Below are positions 24,715 through 38,599 of a DNA stretch of 64,000 nt, piece after piece. The notes beneath the pieces were generated by a model, which worked only from the letters and a program-made list of their open reading frames with translations, did no database searches and was not told the origin of the DNA. The translations under genes and the position numbers were made by a program. How positions within the stretch are numbered: the stretch's first letter is position 1; every line of letters begins with the position of its first letter. The stretch is from Dendrobates tinctorius. Its lineage: Eukaryota. The stretch spans positions 41,726,001-41,790,000 of the forward strand of contig NW_027361697.1 of assembly GCF_039654945.1 (NCBI RefSeq), written 5' to 3'.

Positions 24715-25005
24715 GGCTGTGTTCACACGTTGCGTTTTTTTCGCGTTTTTACCAAATAAAACGCTTAAAAGAAGCTCCCCATTCATTTTAATGAATTCCG
24801 CACTTTCTGTGTATATTGATGCGTTTTTTTTCTGCGAAAAAAACGCATCGTGGAAAAAACGCAGCATGCTCATTAATTTCGCGGAAAATTCCGCATTTTT
24901 TGCTATTTTCTATGTGTCTGGGGACGCGCGGAAAAAAAACACGCGTTTTCTGGGAAGGAATCCTGTTTTCATGCAGAAATTTTCTGCATACGTGTGCACA
25001 TAGCC
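24715..25005. mobile_element. Harbinger-type MITE inserted in the TTAA flank of the Kolobok MITE
   Basis: TAA-GGCTGTGTTCACACG...CGTGTGCACATAGCC-TAA. Confidence 0.85.
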
Positions 25006-25367
25006 TAAAGCTGATCAATATGCACATTTGCATGTCAATCTGCAGGAAAAATCAGAGTTTCAGCTACAGATTGCCATGTTTTTCATATTTTTAGTTAATT
25101 AAACAAACTCTAAAAACATTTTTTTTTTAAATTTATACCTTTGACATATACTGCGAAGACATTGTGAACAGAGCCAAGTAGAGTCAACATGCTTAGGAAC
25201 CACACAAATGTCCTGAATACTGAACTGCGAAAATGTAAGAGGTCAAAAGGTCTCGTGAAATAGCATGCAAAGTGGTCGCCATAATGATGCGCTCCCTAAT
25301 CAGTGGTAGCTCACTGTGAAAAATAACACTGCTTTTGTAGTAATACATACGTATATTGTTGTAAAGT

Positions 25368-25470
25368 GGGATGGATGGATGGGTGGATGGATGGCTGAAT
25401 GTATGGATGGGTAGATGGATGAATGGACAGATGAATGGATGATGTGATAGTGGGATGGATGGATGGATGG
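25368..25470. repeat. (GGAT)n-like microsatellite
   Basis: Degenerate GGAT runs. Confidence 0.85.
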
Positions 25471-26109
25471 TGGAGTAACCAGGCCAGAGCAACCATTTTA
25501 AACAGGACCCCTCAGAAAGATCTATTTTAGTAAATATCTGTATGGTAATCCCCACTGAAAAAAAACATTTCTGGTCCAACTTTTTCTTAGAACTGCATTT
25601 TGCTCGGTCTGATAATCATGCTGGAGAATAAATGGATGAGATGTCTATGTGTCTCTACACTTCCATGAGGAATAACAATGCAGAGTTCGAGAGAACGAAA
25701 TGCACTCTTTAAGCTATGCCTAGTATATAGAAATAATCAGGGGAATAACGACCGCAGTTCACGGGCAGATCTGCGTGGGTGGGAGCCCGTGCAGGTGAGA
25801 GGCTGGCAGACGCCAACACAAACTTCAACTCAATGTGTTATCCTCAGACGCACATTCAGTTAAAGTGTATTGTGACGCAGAGATCAGTCGGGTTCATGAG
25901 CGGCAATCGGAGACCAGCAGCTGACGTCAGAATGCACATGACTGGCCTGCAGTGCAAACAATAGGAGTGCATGGCGTCATGTGCTCCCATTACTTACACA
26001 CTGAAGTCAGCTACCGGCTTCAAAAGAGGACACAACGTGGTGGGGGAGTGGAGGGAAGGTGAGTAGAATTGTTTCTTTTTTTCTATGTATTAAAGAACAG
26101 CGGCACAAT

Positions 26110-26442
26110 GGGTCACATATATACCAGGATGGGGATATATATATATTTATATATATACATACCAGAATGTGGCCCAGGATAAGGCACATACATAGCAAAA
26201 TAAGGGACATATGTACCAGGATGGTGGATATATAAACCAGGATGGGGCCCAGGATAAGGGAACTATACACTAGCATGGGGATGTATATACCAGGATGGGG
26301 CCCAGGATAAAAGACATATATACCAGGATAAAGGACATATATACCAGGATGAAGGAGTTATATATATATATATATATCAGGATGGGATCAGCAAGGGGAC
26401 ACATCTTGCACCGGGGCCCATCAGACTCTAGTTACACCACTG
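26110..26442. mobile_element. Minisatellite-bearing right end of a hAT-type MITE
   Basis: TATACCAGGATGGGG repeats, ending ...TAGTTACACCACTG. Confidence 0.5.
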
Positions 26443-28322
26443 GGAACTTGTTTACCCTCTTGTGGCGAACACCTGGGGGAGCAAGGAAGGAGCAGTAGTC
26501 TAGAGTCAGAGTGCGCGGCTGCACGCTAAGTGCGAGCCGCATGAGAGCAGGACCTGAGATACGTGATCACCGGGGGAGTGGCTGCAGGTGGAGCTAACTC
26601 CCGTACAGAAGAGAGAATGAAAGCGGAAGCCGGCGGAGCCGGAGTCAAGGTCAGACAAGCCGAGATCAGTAACCAGAGGGTAACGCAGGAGCCTAGATAT
26701 GAGACAGAAGGATGGTGCAATACAAGCTGAAGTCAGAAACCAGACAGGAACACAATAACCAAGGGCGTAGACAGGAGGGAAGTCAGAGAACTTAGCCAAG
26801 GGTCAGAACCGGAGAAGTAACAGCAGTACAGAATCACCAAGCAGACACAGAACGTGGGACAAGCCGAATCAGACACAGAACAAGCACACAGAGGAACAAA
26901 CAGTATACACCAGAGTCACTAGGTCAGCTGCTCATCCGAGAATGGAAGTATCACTGACAAAGAGCCCAGCACCAGAGCGAGTACAAATAGCCTCCCCAAA
27001 CCAAAGGGAGGCCATGCAGAGTTAACCCTAACAAATCCAGGACAGAGAAGGAAATCCCGTCCTGAGCCATGACACCTATGTTCTTCAAACCACAGAGAAT
27101 GGTAGACCTGTTTGAGGTGTTTTCCAAAGTGGACTGAGAAATATTTAGACTGTAAGGCATTGTCTGGCAGTATTGCTGGTGCTGAGGAAGGCATTGAAGA
27201 CAAGGACCCCGCTCTGTGTCTCTTTTGCAATCAAAGTTCAATGCTCAGCACTGCCATTCCCTAATCTTTCAAAAGGAGGTGTGACTCTTTGTTTCAGCTC
27301 ATAAAGAGATAGCAAATGTAAAGAACCAATCTTTTTTTATCCCCGTGGAGTAGTATGACCAATGTCTGATCCCTGCCTGTAGTATACAGCCGCCATCTTC
27401 TGTTCTTTCCGGCACCGCTCCAGTCCCACGCCACAATCTTGTGACCACAGCTCTTTTATACACAGTCCAACCTTTTGGACTGTCTTTCATTTTCACCACC
27501 CAGGCTAGACGCATCCAAAGAACACAATTATGTCACCCATATCCTCTTCCATGTACTTTTCACTGTTCTTGTTAGTCCCCTTAGGGCACTTGAACCTGTG
27601 ATTGTCTGATCACTTGTTCTATATACAGCGATACCACAATAATGCTGTATGTAGTAAAAATCACAGTCTCTTTTAAAACCCGACCACAAGCTGTGTTTCA
27701 AAGGAGCTCCAAGATGACAGGCATGGAGGTCTTTCATTGCCGACCATCTGTCATAAAAACCCATAAGTGCCCTCGTGATTGTGTTGGGGAGACGTCGATT
27801 GGCGCACAGAAAAAAGCGCCCCATGCCCACGCACTGTTAATGCCGCTGTTAAAGTGCATCCATCACCTCCCAATGTTCAACCTCGTCATACCCACCCTTG
27901 GTATTTTCACCAAGAGTTACAGCGACAGTATATATGTATAGTACATGTGGGTCACACCAATGGGACCACTAACTATCTCAGGTTCTTTCAATTCTCATAC
28001 AAATGACTGGAAATTCGATCACATCTCTAACAACAACAGTGAGTCCCAAGACCTAGTTCTCGAGATAGACGTTGGGAACCACATCTACCAAATATTTATT
28101 GCAAAACCCTTGTATATGCCATGAATGGAAGAGATGTGAACCCCTCTTTAATGAAATAGGCCCTATTTGGTCACCCAGCACAAGCCACGGGTTCAGGTCA
28201 TATACCGCCATCCACGTGTAACATCAAACATACAGCAAAACAAGGAATTAAAGCATAGAGAGGCCGATAACATACGGTACATAACGCAGTAATAGAGAGG
28301 GAGAAATGCCTCACAATAGTAC

Positions 28323-28375
28323 CTCATGTCCTCGAAAGAGTTCCTCCTCCTGTCGAAGATCTCATGGAGTCCTTA
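28323..28375 (-). CDS. EXTL2: Probable EXTL2 start-codon exon (48 nt UTR plus ATG AG; ATG at 28327)
   Basis: TTTCTAG|TAAGG...GACATGAG|GTACTA. The phase-2 join gives M-R-F-L-G-R-V, similar to the mammalian MR...GRV N-terminus. In-frame TAA upstream. Confidence 0.7.
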
Positions 28376-29434
28376 CTAGAAATGACAAATAGAAATTGCT
28401 AAAAATACAAATGTATAATGTAAAAATCCATTATAGGGATATTTACGTCTTCATAATTGAATACTGTCGGATAGGGCTTCTAAAAACAAAACTTTTGCAA
28501 TTTATCACTAATTAAAATTTGCTGCCATTCTTGGGATATTAACATTTTTCTTTCTTTTATTTATCTTGTTGTCTGGGAGACCGACCACCGCTGCTGTCTA
28601 GCATGTAAGCTCTGGACTAGGAGATAATGATGTGCTCCAGTGATCCTAGTCAGCTTCAAGACAGTGCTTACAAGCAGAACAGAAAAGAGCTTGTAAACAC
28701 GGTGGTCGCGCTCTGTGCCAAACGGCTGTAAACAAAAGAAGCGTGCTAATTTTTCAAGAACGGCTGAACATTTTTATAAGAATTTAACTGAAAAATTGCT
28801 TCTATTTACAAGTATTATCTGATAATATCGATTTATAAAGATTGGAAAATCCCATTAAATTAGGTTTAATATTATATTATACTAATAATATTCCTATAAT
28901 AAATGTACTTAATTCTTAAAAAAAAAAGTTACACAAATATCTAAAGTTTTCAGATTAGCTCTACGCTGAGTTTTAAACTTTGGTTACACAATGTTAAGTA
29001 TATACTGTATATTGGCAGGTAAATAGCTGCAGGAATCTACAACATTGTACTGACAAAAAATGTGCCTCCTGTGCAGTCCATATCAGAGATAGTATAAGTA
29101 CACTGCCCTCATGTGGTCAGATTAGGAATATATACGTCCGTTATTCACAATCGCGTACAAAAATAAGACTGCTAAAAGTCACGCATTTCAATTGGTACAC
29201 CTGCACAATCACAGCCCCATCTCTATTTTTGGCTGATATTTTCTATCATTTTTTTCTTTTTCCACCAACATGGTCATATGACAGTTGTTATTTGCAGGAC
29301 GAGTCGTAATTGTGAATTGCAACTTTTACTTAATACATTAAAAATAAAGGAAAAAATAAATTCAGGTCAATAGAATTACAGCAATTCCAATGGAATCTAG
29401 CTTTTTGCTATATAATGTGCTGCTTACAGTGTTT

Positions 29435-29813
29435 GGCTGTGTGCACACGCTGCGGAAAAGGTGCGGATTCATCCGCGCGGATTTTGTACAATCCGCAGGT
29501 GAAACCGCAGGTCAAAAGACCTGCAGTTTTACCTGCGGATTGCTCTGCGGTTTTGCCCTGCGGTTTTTCATCTCCTCAATGGAGGAGATGGCAAACCGCA
29601 GGAGAATCCGCAGAAAGAATTGACATGTCAATTCTTTCTGCGGATTGAAAACCGCAGATAATCCGCGCGGAAAATTCCGCACCGTCTGCACTGCGGTTTT
29701 TGATTCCCATAGGGAATCATTGTACTGTACACCGCAGCAGAAACTGCTGCGGGTCCGCAGCGGCCAAAACCGCTGCGGAACCGCAGCAAAATCCGCAGCG
29801 TGTGCACACAGCC
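29435..29813. mobile_element. Harbinger-type MITE rich in CCGCAG/CTGCGG
   Basis: GGCTGTGTGCACACGCTGCGG...CCGCAGCGTGTGCACACAGCC with a TTT 3-bp TSD. Confidence 0.88.
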
Positions 29814-30253
29814 TTTGGGGCGGCGAGGTAAAAGAAAAACGATGATTTTGGCTTTTTTTTTACGCCATTCACAATGCAGGATATTAAATTACATATTTGT
29901 AAAGTTCTTATATTTTTTTTTATGGCAATAGGACTGGTAATGTAAACTTTTATATCTAAAATAATTTAAAATATTTTTAAACCGTTTATTTTTTTTATTT
30001 TTTAATAGCCCCCTTCCTTTTAAGATACTTGAATCTGCGATCAGTGGAACATTACATTGCAATAAGTTGAATGGTGAATATGGCATCTCATCACATCCTG
30101 ACTGGCCCCACTGACTGCACAGTCTAGGGCTTTGTACAGCAGTGACTGGCGTTTTGCACAACCGGCACCCAGAGCATATGGAGCTGGTGCAGAAAAAAGC
30201 CATCCTTTACAGTGATCTGCTGAGATATTTCCATGGAAATTAAATGACACTTA

Positions 30254-30788
30254 GGCTCAGTTCACATTAGCGTTGAGTCCGCAGCGTATCATCCACATCC
30301 AAAAACGCATGTTTATGCAGCGTTTTTATGCGCATCATCTTACGCATGACGGAAAAAAACGTTGCGATTTTGCATGCGTTTGCATTGTTTATGCGCATGC
30401 GTTCAACATGACATCAGACAAAAATGGGTGTGTCTCATGGGATTTCTATTTACATTTTGAAGAGCGCATGCGTATCGAATGCATGCGTACGCATGTCCTT
30501 GCGTACCAATGCGTTCCCATAGACAGTAATGCAGGGTTTTTTTACGCACTCATCTGCATGCGCATGCCTGTGCATATTTGACGGATTTTTGACGCCTCAA
30601 AAAATACAACATGTTGCGTTTGCCGCGCACTGTCGCACACCGCGAAATGACGTATGCGTACGCAAAAGCATGCGAACGCATGCAAACACATGTCCCTGCG
30701 TACAACATGTTAAATATATGTATGCATGACGCATGCAGATCTATGCGGATCAAACGCTGCGCACACAGACGCAGATATAAAACCAGCC
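30254..30788. mobile_element. Harbinger-type MITE rich in ACGCAT/ATGCGT
   Basis: TTA-GGCTCAGTTCACA...AAACCAGCC-TTA. Confidence 0.75.
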
Positions 30789-31029
30789 TTAAATAGTAAT
30801 ATTTTGCATTTTTCTCTCTTGGTTTTACTACTGCTTTTGAATTGTAGTTCCTGCCATGTTAAAGTGACAGATCTCACATCCCCCCACCAAGTCCCACCAG
30901 TAGTGATCCACAAGACCAGTTACTATACACTGAAAACAGCAATGTAAAACCGCAGCAAATGACCAATGCCTATCACCACATGAGAATAAACCTTTCGACC
31001 CCTTAAAAGACGTGATAATAAGGTAATTA

Positions 31030-31990
31030 ATTTAAGTCAGCATAAATTTTCGTCTGCTGACCTCTCTCTCTGGGGTAAGGGCTTGTCTTTTTCACCGGCT
31101 GCTGCATTTGGCGTGTTTTCTACTATTAAAGATCTTCATTTGTTTGCATGGCCAATATCGTTTAAGAAAAAATTTTTTTTTCCACCAATCTTCTTCAATT
31201 ATTTCCCACAGAGGAGAAACAAATGGCACTATGCACTTTAGAGGAGCTAGCCATCGAGAACAATAGTACAGAAGGAGGTATGATTCCTCCCTGTATTAGA
31301 CCTCATTCTAAGAAATTCGCTCCCCTGTCCTCTTGTTCTAATATCGACTTGTTCGTCCAGATTGTTAATCCGCATCATATATATCATGATAATCTCACAA
31401 TAGAGAGGGGGCGCATGCGCATTCTTGAGAATCTACCTGATGTTGTTTTCAAACAGGCGAACAAAGGAGGTAAAATTGTCATTTGGCCAAAGGCTAGTTA
31501 TGAGAATGAGGACTTTTGCCAGTTAAATGACAAGATACGATACAAGAAGCTTACCTTCAACCCCTTGTCCGCCTATACTACCCAGTTGGAGAACATCATT
31601 AACAGAGCCAAAGAGAATGGTGCTATCACCAAAGAATTGGCTACTGCTTTGATAGTTGTTGAACCCACTATCTCTACTTTACATCTATTACCAAAGATTC
31701 ACAAGAACGAGCAGGTTTTAATACCAATTACTATTCTTAGTTTTCGCTGTTGAGGAAAGCATTAGTCAAATCATGGCCTATCCTAAAAGCTGATCTTATT
31801 ATTTCTAGGTTCTTGCCTGAGAGGGCTGCCATCATGGCACTTAGGACTCGTAATCTTGGGGATTGTTTACTCCGCAGCCACTATGTTTTCTGAATTCCAT
31901 AGCTGCAAGGTGTGGATGCTTTCCGTGTGGTCACTGCGTGGCATGCCCTAATGTTAATCGTTGTGATAAGTTTTCTAATGCTAGCCAATC
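31030..31990 (+). pseudogene. Degenerate Penelope-like RT fragment
   Basis: VVFKQANKGGKIVIW (DKG-type motif), YKKLTFNP, LLPKIHK. Confidence 0.7.
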
Positions 31991-33104
31991 AAGAGAGAGC
32001 AGTGAGAGCCACAACTCTCATGAGCAGTGACATCAGTACTCGGCATCTGTGAATATGGACGGATTCAGGGAATGCTGGATTACGTCGGAGCTGCGTGGGA
32101 ACGTTTTTTCTAATAAAATGGTGAACAAGGGACAGTGTATTTTTTTTCTCTTTTTTATGTTTTTTAGGTATCCATTTGTAGACTACATCAGATTCAGTGG
32201 ACTACGGCAGACCTGCAAGGCTTTTTTTCTATAAATTGGTGAACTAGGGAAAGTGTTGGGGAGTGTTTTTTCAAGTAAAGTATTTTTTTGTGTGTGTGTC
32301 TTTTTATTTTTGATTACTGGGTTAGTAATGGGGGTGTCTGATAGACAACTCTCCATTACTAACCCCAGGGCTTGATGCCAGCTGTGATTTTTGACACATC
32401 AAACCTGACATCAGCCCCAAGCCCCATTACTCAGATTTCCACCACACCAGAGCATTCGGGAAAAGCGCCCCCCTTCTGGGGCAGCTGCGGGTTGGTATTT
32501 TTAAGCTGGGAAGGTCCAAATAACCAGGAACCTTCCTGCCTGATAATAAAAGCCCCCAGCTGTCTGCTTTACTGTTGCTGGTTATCAAAAATAGGGGGCA
32601 CCCCAGGTTGTTTTTATTATTATTAATTTATTATTTATTAGGTTAAACCAGGTTTAACACCATTTAGTGTCACATGAAAGGCACTAAAAGGTGCAAGTTT
32701 ATTATATGTAGGGGGCTCGTGACATATATCTACAGAACATCTGTCTATTCCATCTACTATATCTATCTACTGTGAGGGTTTAGCTGTGAATTTCGAGTGC
32801 TTGGCTGATGAAATTTCATGGTTCCTTTTGAGATGTGTGCGTTAAATGTGAACAGCACATGTAATGGTCCTTTGTGCCGTCCAATTTATGTCTCACACAC
32901 ATTGACTTGCATTGGAGAGTCTCGTCCGATATACGCAGTCACTCAAAACATGCTGTGATTTTTTTCCTGATGCTGATTAGACCTGAGAAAAAATACAGAG
33001 ATGAGGCCTGCTTTACTGAATAACATTAGTCAGATTCTTGCATTGCACTTCTTCGTATTATACGCCACTGTGAGTGAGTCCTAAATGTGAGCCGAGCCTT
33101 ATTC

Positions 33105-34006
33105 CGATTTTTGGGAGGCAGAATGAACATATAGACAACAGTACAAGAACAGTTCTTATTTTGTTTTTGCACAGTTCACCATGCGGTATAAATGATAAGG
33201 TGACTTTATTGTTCGTGTTGGTGCGATTACAGCAATTATAGATTTTGGGTGTCAGTATGATGAAAAAATGACATTTTTGGTTTGTTTTTTATTATTTAAC
33301 AGCACATCATATCAGAATGAAGCATAATATGCCAGGATGGGGCATATTATACAGAATAAATACCGTAACTTGCCAGTTTTATAGATCAGGTAATTCCGGA
33401 TGCTGTGATACCAATTATGGGTACTTTTATTGTTTATCTTTGTTTTATCACAAACTCTGCGTTTTTACTGGCAAATCGGCTTTTCGTGATTTTTGTGTGC
33501 TTTTTTTTTTACACATTTTATTTTACTTTTTTTTTCACTAAGTCGCATTGTGGGACATGTATATTTTTTACTCTGGTCACTGGTGTCGTACACTGCAATA
33601 CTCGTGTCCAGCAGTGCATGAGACCAGTCAGTGAGTCACTGACTTAACCTGTGAAACTCAACTGGATTTCACAGGCTATTGTACCCTGGGGTCATCAGAT
33701 GACCTCATGGTATCATGGCAACGATTGGGATCCGTGATTACGATCATATGTAATCGATCATACGGGGTCTTTTAACCCCCTTTTAGCAACTTAGATACTG
33801 CTGTCGCGATTTCCATTGATATTCAAGGGGCTAATTAGCCTTGATCGGCTTCAAAACCTGGTCCGATACCACAGGGTGACAGCTGTCATGCACAGCTGTC
33901 ACCCGTGGGAATTTTGGCTGTGGGGCATTGCTATTCTCTTATTCGCAATTGGAATAAGACCCCATAACCACTGCCGTTTTTATGCGTATCAGCAGTCGTT
34001 AAGGGG
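33105..34006. mobile_element. Right part of a non-autonomous piggyBac-like element
   Basis: Ends ...GTCGTTAAGGGG-CTAA (degenerate TTAA); left boundary approximate. Confidence 0.45.
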
Positions 34007-35471
34007 CTAATAGAGCTACTTTAGCTGTGCTACTTCTGGTATTTGGCTTTGATATAATTCTATTGATAAAGTCATGTGTCGTGTACAGGGAACAGGCACT
34101 AAAAACACATAAGCGTTTTTTTTACCTGCGTATTTTCCGCCTCTTATGCAATTTTATGAGGAAATTCCATATAGAACTCAAGAGAAACTGACTTGTGGCA
34201 GATTTAAAAAAAAATGCAACAGCAGAACAGTTTACACTGGAGCAAAAAGAGGCACAGCCGGCACGAGATTTCTACACATCCTATCCACGCTGCTGGTACT
34301 GTAAGATGCTGTGGTTTATAAGAAAAATTATACAAAACGCAGATTCAAGATTCAGTGGGGGATATCCACATCAAATACTTTTTTGCCGCACATCCTTGTT
34401 TTCTCCAGCTTTGGAGAGGGATGTTATATAAACCCCATCTGCACATGTCTTGTAGTATTACTTATTGATTCAGAGTGTCTATTATTTATGAAATTCTCAT
34501 TTGTATCAAGAAACATTTCATGTGTCTGATAAACATTTACCAAGTAACCCTCCTGCCAGGAATCAGTCATTTTTCAGCATTTGTGCAAGGCAACATGCAT
34601 CAGTATAGCATTATCATATGAACCCTGTAGGAAAAATAGATATTTAATTAAAAATGTACACATCTAATCTTCTTACCCAGTGCAAAAGTTCTTATAAGAA
34701 GAGTGTGAAAAGGCAGCACAGCAAAATGCTTCTTGTTTGCAAACCACATGAATCCTCAGCTCTCAGCCCAGGTTTCTGCACAGGCTGCACTGATTTCCTG
34801 TTCATTCCCACAATGCTCTGCTGGCTCTTCTTTCCTTGCTAGGACAGGGCTCAGGTTACATCACTTCTCCAATACTGCCTGCACAAAGAATCTAAGAGAC
34901 TCTGGCACCCCAGCTGTGAGGAAACTACAACTCCCATCATGCCCTGGCAGTTGACTGACAGAAGGTGGCTATCAGGGAATGCTGGGAGATTTGGTTTAAC
35001 TCCACAGAGGGGGCTGAAGGTGTTGCAGTTGCTTTGTACTAACTCTGCAATCACTTTGTGTATGAAACTGTGTATATAGAGACATTGGTTTCTTATCTTT
35101 GTAACCTTACTAACACAATCTGTTTTTGCAGGACAATAATGAAAGTTGATTTTGGAACATTTTTGATCACTTATACAAGTGTTTCTTAATGTAATAAGGC
35201 TTATGTAATAATACAATATTTTATTTCACATTTTGGTGTTGTCTTTTAATACCTTATTTTCATTTTACATCTTTTTAGTTCCATCTTGATCCTTTAAATA
35301 TTTTTCCCCAAAAATCATGTTATCCCCTATTTCTAGGAAAGGGGATAACTTGCAAGATTGCTTCGAAATCCCCGTTATCCTGAGATCGGAGCTCTACAGC
35401 CCCATCCTGCATGGAGCTGGGGTGTGCATGCTCAGCCTCCTCTACATGTCACCATTCAAGAAGACTGTAGT

Positions 35472-36777
35472 TGTGGCGCCCCTGAGGCTCAGTCGCCACA
35501 GAGGTACTACACCTCCTCCAGAGGTGTGGTGCCTCACCATCCAGGTAAGGTGGAGGCTCCTGACCACACTCCAACACCTGCACCCCACACCACAAAGTAG
35601 TGTAGCAAAGCACCTTCAACGGCTCCCTGCTTGGAGTGTAGCAAAGCACCCCTTGGTGGCTCCCTGCTTGGAACACGAAACGTGCTGGGTGGTGGGTGGA
35701 GCTTAGTTACATTAAAGAGAGCGGGAAGAGTTTAGGTAAAGAGTCAGAGTTGTTGTTGAGTGGGAGAGAGAAGAAGATCCCCAGAGAGAGGGATAGATGG
35801 ATGGAAGTGCTGCAACAGATCCCAGTGACCTGGGTCTGCTGGCACAGGAAAGGAAGAGAGAGAGAGCGACATAGCCTGAAAGCCTGATTTTCTATAGAAA
35901 GAAAGATTAGTACGGAACGTGAGGCGTAAAAGAGAACAGAGGACTTGGGTTAGAAGAGAACCCTTCCTAGAAGTTCTAAGCGCAAGGCCGGGGCCCGGTC
36001 TCCGAGGTTGTATGGATACTAATGGTCCTGCAGCAGACACCGGAGGAATAGAAGTAGTGACCGCTTTATTCCCACACAAGACTTGGGGGCACAACAGCAA
36101 CTGGATAGTGAGCCGGGACTTAGTAGCAAGGAGTCCCAGAAGCAGGCTACAGCTGTCTGCCGTACAAGTAGAGTTCATAAGAACATCGGACAGGAGGAAC
36201 TCCAGTGTAACTAAGTACTAGGAGTACTTCATTTAAAAGCGCTATAAGAGGAGACGTTCAGAAAGGCACATGTTGGCGGAGTGTTGGAAGGGAGTATTCC
36301 ATCTGGCCTGGGGGTTGACTGAGTCCCTGACCCGGAGGACACGGCACAGAAGCAGGCACCTGTTTGTACAACAGACTGTGAGTAAAGCTTTGGAACTACA
36401 TGCCCTGGTGTCCTCCACTTATTCCTGCGCCAACCTGCCCAGCACTGCTACATCCCTCGCGCCTGACACTACACCATCTAAGTGTCACCTCACCTACACT
36501 GCCCTGGGACTACAGTCCTGCCTGTGGACGGCTATAACATCACTGCTGCACCACACCATATGTCCCTGAGGATCTGTCTGCAGCGTCGACTTACATCTCT
36601 ATTGCCGAACACCACAGGTGGCGTCACGAATCACTTATCCTAAGCACACTGAACATTCTCCTTTTACAATGGGCGCCCAGGGCCACGGGCCGGGTCCCAG
36701 CTGCCGTGACATTTCCCATTAAGGCTCATCGGTCCTGGTACCGAGTACCCCACAGCCCTGGGTGTGAGGGCGTCCCA
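35472..36777. mobile_element. Solo LTR
   Basis: TGTGGCGCCC...GGGCGTCCCA with a 4-bp TSD, TAGT. Confidence 0.75.
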
Positions 36778-37088
36778 TAGTCACTTAGAGTAACCACAAC
36801 TTTCATCCAATAAAAGGACAATCCCTTTAAAGAACGGGACCACTGAAAAGAGATGTACCTAATTCACTATCAGGCGGACACCACTTAAAGGGGTTATCCA
36901 CTACTCGGACAACCCTTTCTCAATTTTTTTACTGCCGATTAGATTTTCCTGTGATGGCAGCCATGCACAAAGTGGACAGGTGAGCTGAAAAAGACTGTTT
37001 TAATTACTTACGCACATCTGATGCAGGTGCTGTTCCAGCGGTGTCAGCACTTGCGTTTCTGCAGCTCACATTGTTATGTTATTGAGAG

Positions 37089-38008
37089 TGTAAGGGAGAT
37101 GACCGGAACGTGGGCACCTGCATGCCGGGGCCGGAACTGTCGAGGCTGGATCCCCTGTTGTATGGGGGCAGCATTAGCAAGCTGGACCTTCCTCCTGACC
37201 GGGGTGGGGGGGAGGGAATATAAAGAAAAAGCGCGCGCAGCAGCACAGTTTGGCGCCAACCCAGGGCAGCTCGCAGTCAGGTGAATGGCGTGCTCCGCTC
37301 CCCATCGAGTACCAACGCTGCGAACAGCCCCACAGTCTTCAGAGGGACCGCTGCCAGAAGAGCCGAGCGTTCTGCAGCAGTCCAAAGACAGGCATGCCCG
37401 GTCCTGAGAGCACCAGCATCACGCAAGCCAGCATCCGTTACCTCTCGCCGCCAACAGCGGGGACCATATAGAGGGAGACGTGCAGTCTGTGCCCGGTGAC
37501 TGCCAGAGAGCAAGGCACCGTACGCTCCATGTCCTGAGTACAGGGCACATGCCACGTAAGTGACCAGGTACGGGACAGACGCTTGCTCCTTGACTTTACT
37601 AGTGTATATTTGTCGAGCCACATTGGGCTCATACAGGACTGTGGCCCACACCCTTGTCAGCCACTGCAGCATATGGACTAGGGGCTCAGCGGAAGGTACT
37701 GGAGACCGACCGCTGCCGCCAGAAGACAAGGCATTGATGCCCACAGGACCTCATTGTAAAAGACACCGCGCCAGCTGTTGCCGGTGCTATTGACTTCATA
37801 GTCTGAGGACTACTGACTTGCTAGCCTTATTCACCGGAACTGCCGTTACCTGATACTTTGTTCTTCAACTCAGAATATCCTTTGCAATTTGTACTGTTTA
37901 ACCTCCTCTTAACTGTGAACCTCCCTGCGTGGAGTATTCCCATTTATTAAAAATTGTTAACCCTTGCTCTGACTCCTGTCTGCCACTGCATCCCGCAACC
38001 TGCTCACA
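37089..38008 (+). mobile_element. Solo LTR
   Basis: TGTAAG...CTCACA with a 4-bp TSD, AGAG. TATAAA near 37219 and ATTAAA near 37946. Confidence 0.78.
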
Positions 38009-38038
38009 AGAGCCCTGCCGACAAACTGAACATTACTG

Positions 38039-38379
38039 AAATCCGTCTTGTGGTTCTTGTGTAATCAGTGTTCGAAGTTTTCAGTTAATGATATGCCCAT
38101 GCTCGGGGCAGGACTGTAGGCAGAGTCGTATCTTCCTGCTCTAGACCAGAGAATCGAAGGAGAGACCTGCCAACAGATCGCTCCGAAGCACAAACATGTT
38201 CCTCATCATAGAGACAGAAAAAGAGACAGACTGTGCATTGGGGCGGCATGTGGGCAGGACTTTCCTTGGTTTCTCTGGATTAGAGCAGGAAGATGAGGCT
38301 CTGCCTACAGTCCTGCCCCAGAGCACGAGTATATCATTAACTGAAAACACTGATTACACAAGAACCACAAGACGGATTT
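38039..38379. repeat. Long imperfect inverted repeat (MITE interior)
   Basis: AAATCCGTCTTGTGGTTCTTGTGTAATCAGTGTT... pairs with ...AACACTGATTACACAAGAACCACAAGACGGATTT. Confidence 0.85.
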
Positions 38380-38599
38380 CTTCACCCCAGATATAATTTT
38401 ATGTTCAATCTGTTTTAATAAATATTTTACAAAAAAGAAATATATGAAAAATGATAATATATAGAATCATAGAAAATATGTAGTATTCAAAATGAGCATA
38501 CCACATTTAACAGTAAGTCAAACATACCATGGTAGACAATAACAGTAAACATATGGCGAACACTAACAAGGTATTCAAGAAAGAAAGTATCCTTTATAT

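Noticed and set aside
26450-27074. LTR-like segment ending ATGACA
   Set aside because: No matching TSD or clear left end, so the boundaries cannot be supported.
33660-33705. Minus-strand CTGATGA...GAAA as another hammerhead
   Set aside because: Stem II does not close on the core and no stem I partner follows.
16919-34010. Composite piggyBac-like element capturing the EXTL2 coding exons
   Set aside because: The left end (CCCCTTAGTGA) and right end (reverse complement CCCCTTAACGAC) differ and each is a truncated fragment. EXTL2 is in its normal syntenic position.
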